Origin: Naegleria gruberi
Taxonomy: Eukaryota
Length of the DNA stretch: 64,000 nucleotides
Assembly: GCA_000004985.1 (NCBI GenBank)
Contig: GG738845.1
Direction: 5' to 3' (one strand)
The notes below the pieces were generated by a model. It had not been told where the DNA came from. It worked only from the letters and a program-made list of their open reading frames with translations, and did no database searches. A program made the position numbers and the translations under genes. Numbering within the stretch: position 1 is the stretch's first letter; every line of letters begins with the position of its first letter. Of this stretch, positions 61,399 to 64,000 are shown piece after piece.

Positions 61399-62383
61399 TG
61401 TATTTGAGCAGATTCAATTCAATTTTGCGTATTATGGTTCAAATGCTGATATAACACTGTCTCTTCAAATAAATATCAAAACAATTACATTGATCACAAA
61501 CTAACACACTGCAATAATTACCTATAGAATTAGAACAGTTTAGAATGTTGGTAAATGGTTCACTCTGATCTTATTATAAAATGTTATGATCCCCACATTC
61601 TTCAACCTCAATATTTGTTGGCGTTTAATGTTGGCAATCATTCATGCTTGATTTCTATTGTTGTTAAGGATCGGTACAATACACTAAACAGCAGTATCTC
61701 CCTTATTTTCAACCTACTAAACCAATGCTGCAATATGCATACCATTGTTTGAAACAATCAACACACCACATGAACCATTGAAATACTGTGGCATAATCGA
61801 TTCATTCGATAAAGACCAAAATTAAGAGTACAAATGTTGACAGTAAACTCCAGTAAGCGCGAGATTTGTATTAAAATTACACGCTCTGTTTAATCCCTAT
61901 AATCGCTCGTAAAAATCTCTGGTGGTCCATACCTTAGGAACCTTGATAGAAAATCTCCTCTATAACAAGGAATGCATTGTTATCTTTAGCTGAAATTACA
62001 CTAGTGAGCGCGATGTGAAACTTCTTAGTAAACCTTCGCCCTGATCCGAAAGGTACAGTTTGAATGTGCCCCTCATATTATAGAGAGAAGTAACCATCCA
62101 TTTTCACAACAACTCAATGTGGTATCCCTTCCACACACAACCAACACAACACCCCAATCTCAGCCAAAACATATATAGTGGTGTTAGAGAAATGGAGAGA
62201 GCATTATTCAAAAAAACAACTTTAATCCCCTCCCAAAGCTTGGCTACGTGTCTGTAGACTGGTTGTGTACATTCAATCCATCACTCCATTACCAATCCCT
62301 ATTTATCAACACCACCATCACTAATCTTCCCTAACTCATTTTTCATTTTCCTCAATTCTTAACAATACACTGACATTTTGAAC

Positions 62384-63031
62384 ATGTTTGCCTTAACTTC
62401 ATCACCAATACCAACTAGTAATGGAACGATCTCACACTTGGTTAACTTAACCAATGTAAAAACTTCCACTCATATATTATGTGTTCCTGACTATACGTCC
62501 TCATCAACCACTAGTCAAAACTCTGATGAGTATGTTTCAATTCTGAAAAGAAGTAACAACCGTACTCGTAAATCTCTCATTCTTGATGAAGATTCCACTT
62601 CAAGTTCCAATGAAGACGAAGGCAAGTCAAGAATGAGATCAGTAGACTTGAAAAACACGTTTACCACCTCACACCAATCTCAAATCATTCGGTGCAATAG
62701 AACAAGTGCCAATCAAAAGAGTTACATTTGCTATGATGATATTAAGAAGCATTTCTTTCTTCCAGAAGGAGAAGCTGCAAAACGTTTGGGGTGCTCCAAG
62801 AGTAAGCTCAAAAGAATCAAGACAAGACTCAATATTGAACGTTGGCCATACAGAAGAATCCAATCTCTGTTAAACCAAAAGTCAAGTTCCAACAAGGAAA
62901 ATTCAAGGTTGATTGACTTGGCTGTTGATTTTGTTTTGAATTATCCAAACTTAATTACCAAATATTCCAATGATGATATTTCTCTTATTGCCAAACGTTT
63001 TGATAGAGTCAAGATTAGTAACCTTTTGTAA
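62384..63031 (+). CDS. RWP-RK-domain protein, a putative transcription factor.
   Basis: The C-terminal domain 'YICYDDIKKHFFLPEGEAAKRLGCSKSKLKRIKTRLNIERWPYRRI' matches the RWP-RK consensus, including the RWPYRR signature. The first ATG is at 62384. Confidence 0.6.
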   Translation: MFALTSSPIPTSNGTISHLVNLTNVKTSTHILCVPDYTSSSTTSQNSDEYVSILKRSNNRTRKSLILDEDSTSSSNEDEGKSRMRSVDLKNTFTTSHQSQIIRCNRTSANQKSYICYDDIKKHFFLPEGEAAKRLGCSKSKLKRIKTRLNIERWPYRRIQSLLNQKSSSNKENSRLIDLAVDFVLNYPNLITKYSNDDISLIAKRFDRVKISNLL

Positions 63032-63272
63032 TAGGACATGTTGTCCGATGATTTTACCCTTATTGCATTGTTAATATCAAGTCTGTATATAGAGTCCCCC
63101 AATTTTGCTTTCACTTATTGAACAATAAACATCAGTAACTGTTCCCACCAGATGTGCCAATAATGAACTCTGGTTCGATACCACACAAACCATTCATTGT
63201 AATTTGTTGGTTTGGGAGTGGGTTGCTGAAAATGTAAGAAAATACTATAACAGCTCATTGAGTTCAAAGAAG

Positions 63273-64000
63273 TTAATTGTTGTTGTTATTATTGTTGGCA
63301 GGAATCGACATTAAAGTTGGATTAATAGTAATACTCTTGGTCACATCATTTGTCTTGTAGATTCCAACAAGAGTATTTGCTAATTCAAACATATTGTTTC
63401 TTAAACTAATAATGATAAATTGAGCATCATTTCTTGTTCTCTCCTTTACATAATTTGCTACTATCGAAACATTTCTAAAATCCAAGGCAGCATCAATTTC
63501 ATCCATAACATATATTGGTGTTGGCTTATAGTAATGCAAGGCAAAAACTAAAGCAAGAGAAGAAAGAGTCTTCTCACCACCAGATAGATTAGAAATATTC
63601 TTCCAACTCTTCTTTGGTGGTCTTACTGAGAAAACAATACCCTCAGAAAAAGGATCTAAACTGTCTACTAATTCTAATTCAGCATCACCACCAAGGGTAA
63701 TGGTTTGGTAAATTTCTTTCAGTTTCATTGTAATATTAGTAAATCCTTTCATGAACTCATCAAGTCTTCTCTTTCTGAGATCTTCGTATTCCTTTTGTGC
63801 CTTATTTCTTGATTGGGTTACCGTTTCAAATTCCTTGTTTTTCATTTGATAATCATCTTCCTTCTTTTTAAATTCATCAATAGCTGACATATTTGGCTTC
63901 ATCTTTTCCAGTTCGGATTCAATAACTGTAATATCATAATTGAGTGTATCAAAACCAATTTCGGAAAGTTCTAAATCAGTTTTTCTTTTCAATTTCTTTG
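63273..64000 (-). CDS. SMC4 (condensin) C-terminal ATPase head, partial. The gene continues beyond the window end.
   Basis: 'LSGGEKTLSSLALVFALHYYKPTPIYVMDEIDAALDFRNVSIVANYV...AQFIIISLRNNMFELANTLVGIYKT' is near-identical in pattern to the SMC4 signature, Walker B and D-loop. The ORF is still open at 64000. Confidence 0.75.
   Translation of the reverse strand, partial: KKLKRKTDLELSEIGFDTLNYDITVIESELEKMKPNMSAIDEFKKKEDDYQMKNKEFETVTQSRNKAQKEYEDLRKRRLDEFMKGFTNITMKLKEIYQTITLGGDAELELVDSLDPFSEGIVFSVRPPKKSWKNISNLSGGEKTLSSLALVFALHYYKPTPIYVMDEIDAALDFRNVSIVANYVKERTRNDAQFIIISLRNNMFELANTLVGIYKTNDVTKSITINPTLMSIPANNNNNNN

Noticed and set aside
1-64000. Prokaryotic-style features: CRISPR arrays, operons, defence islands, integrons and rho-independent terminators.
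   Set aside because: The sequence is eukaryotic nuclear DNA. It has spliceosomal introns with GT...AG, an intron-containing tRNA, nuclear proteins such as CHD1, APC1 and importin-alpha, and no direct-repeat/spacer arrays or Shine-Dalgarno-led gene clusters.

Overview
The window is compact, AT-rich (roughly 30% GC) nuclear DNA from a unicellular eukaryote, not a prokaryote. There are about 36 protein-coding genes in 64 kb, roughly one per 1.8 kb, on both strands. Most genes are a single exon. Five genes have confirmed short spliceosomal introns (42-134 nt; donors GTAAGT, GTAGGT, GTATGT, GTACGT; AG acceptors), and the 12007/12965 gene pair may be joined by a further unconfirmed one. One intron-containing tRNA-Leu(AAG) gene is present. 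Almost every confidently placed ATG is preceded by an A-run (AAAAAATG). A palindromic E2F/DP-type element, TTTGGCGCCAAA and variants, recurs in promoters of cell-cycle and chromatin genes.

Recognisable products include a cyclin, U2 snRNP A', importin-alpha, a Cwf18/CCDC12-like splicing factor, an RluB/RsuA-type pseudouridine synthase, an ERI-1-like exonuclease, MORN-repeat proteins, a GT22 GPI mannosyltransferase, seryl-tRNA synthetase, Era GTPase, APC1, a BUB1/Mad3-like checkpoint protein, CHD1, RbBP5/Swd1, the SMC4 C-terminus, COQ3, an LSm protein, an RWP-RK protein, a receptor-like kinase and a candidate ENaC/degenerin-like channel.

There is no CRISPR array, no prokaryotic operon or defence system, and no obvious transposon. 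Lineage cannot be fixed from the sequence alone. The promoter motif and compactness recall Cryptosporidium-type genomes, but mitochondrial-type Era, RluB and COQ3 carrying presequence-like N-termini, plus RWP-RK and ENaC-like genes, argue for a mitochondriate free-living protist such as a heterolobosean. That placement is inference only.
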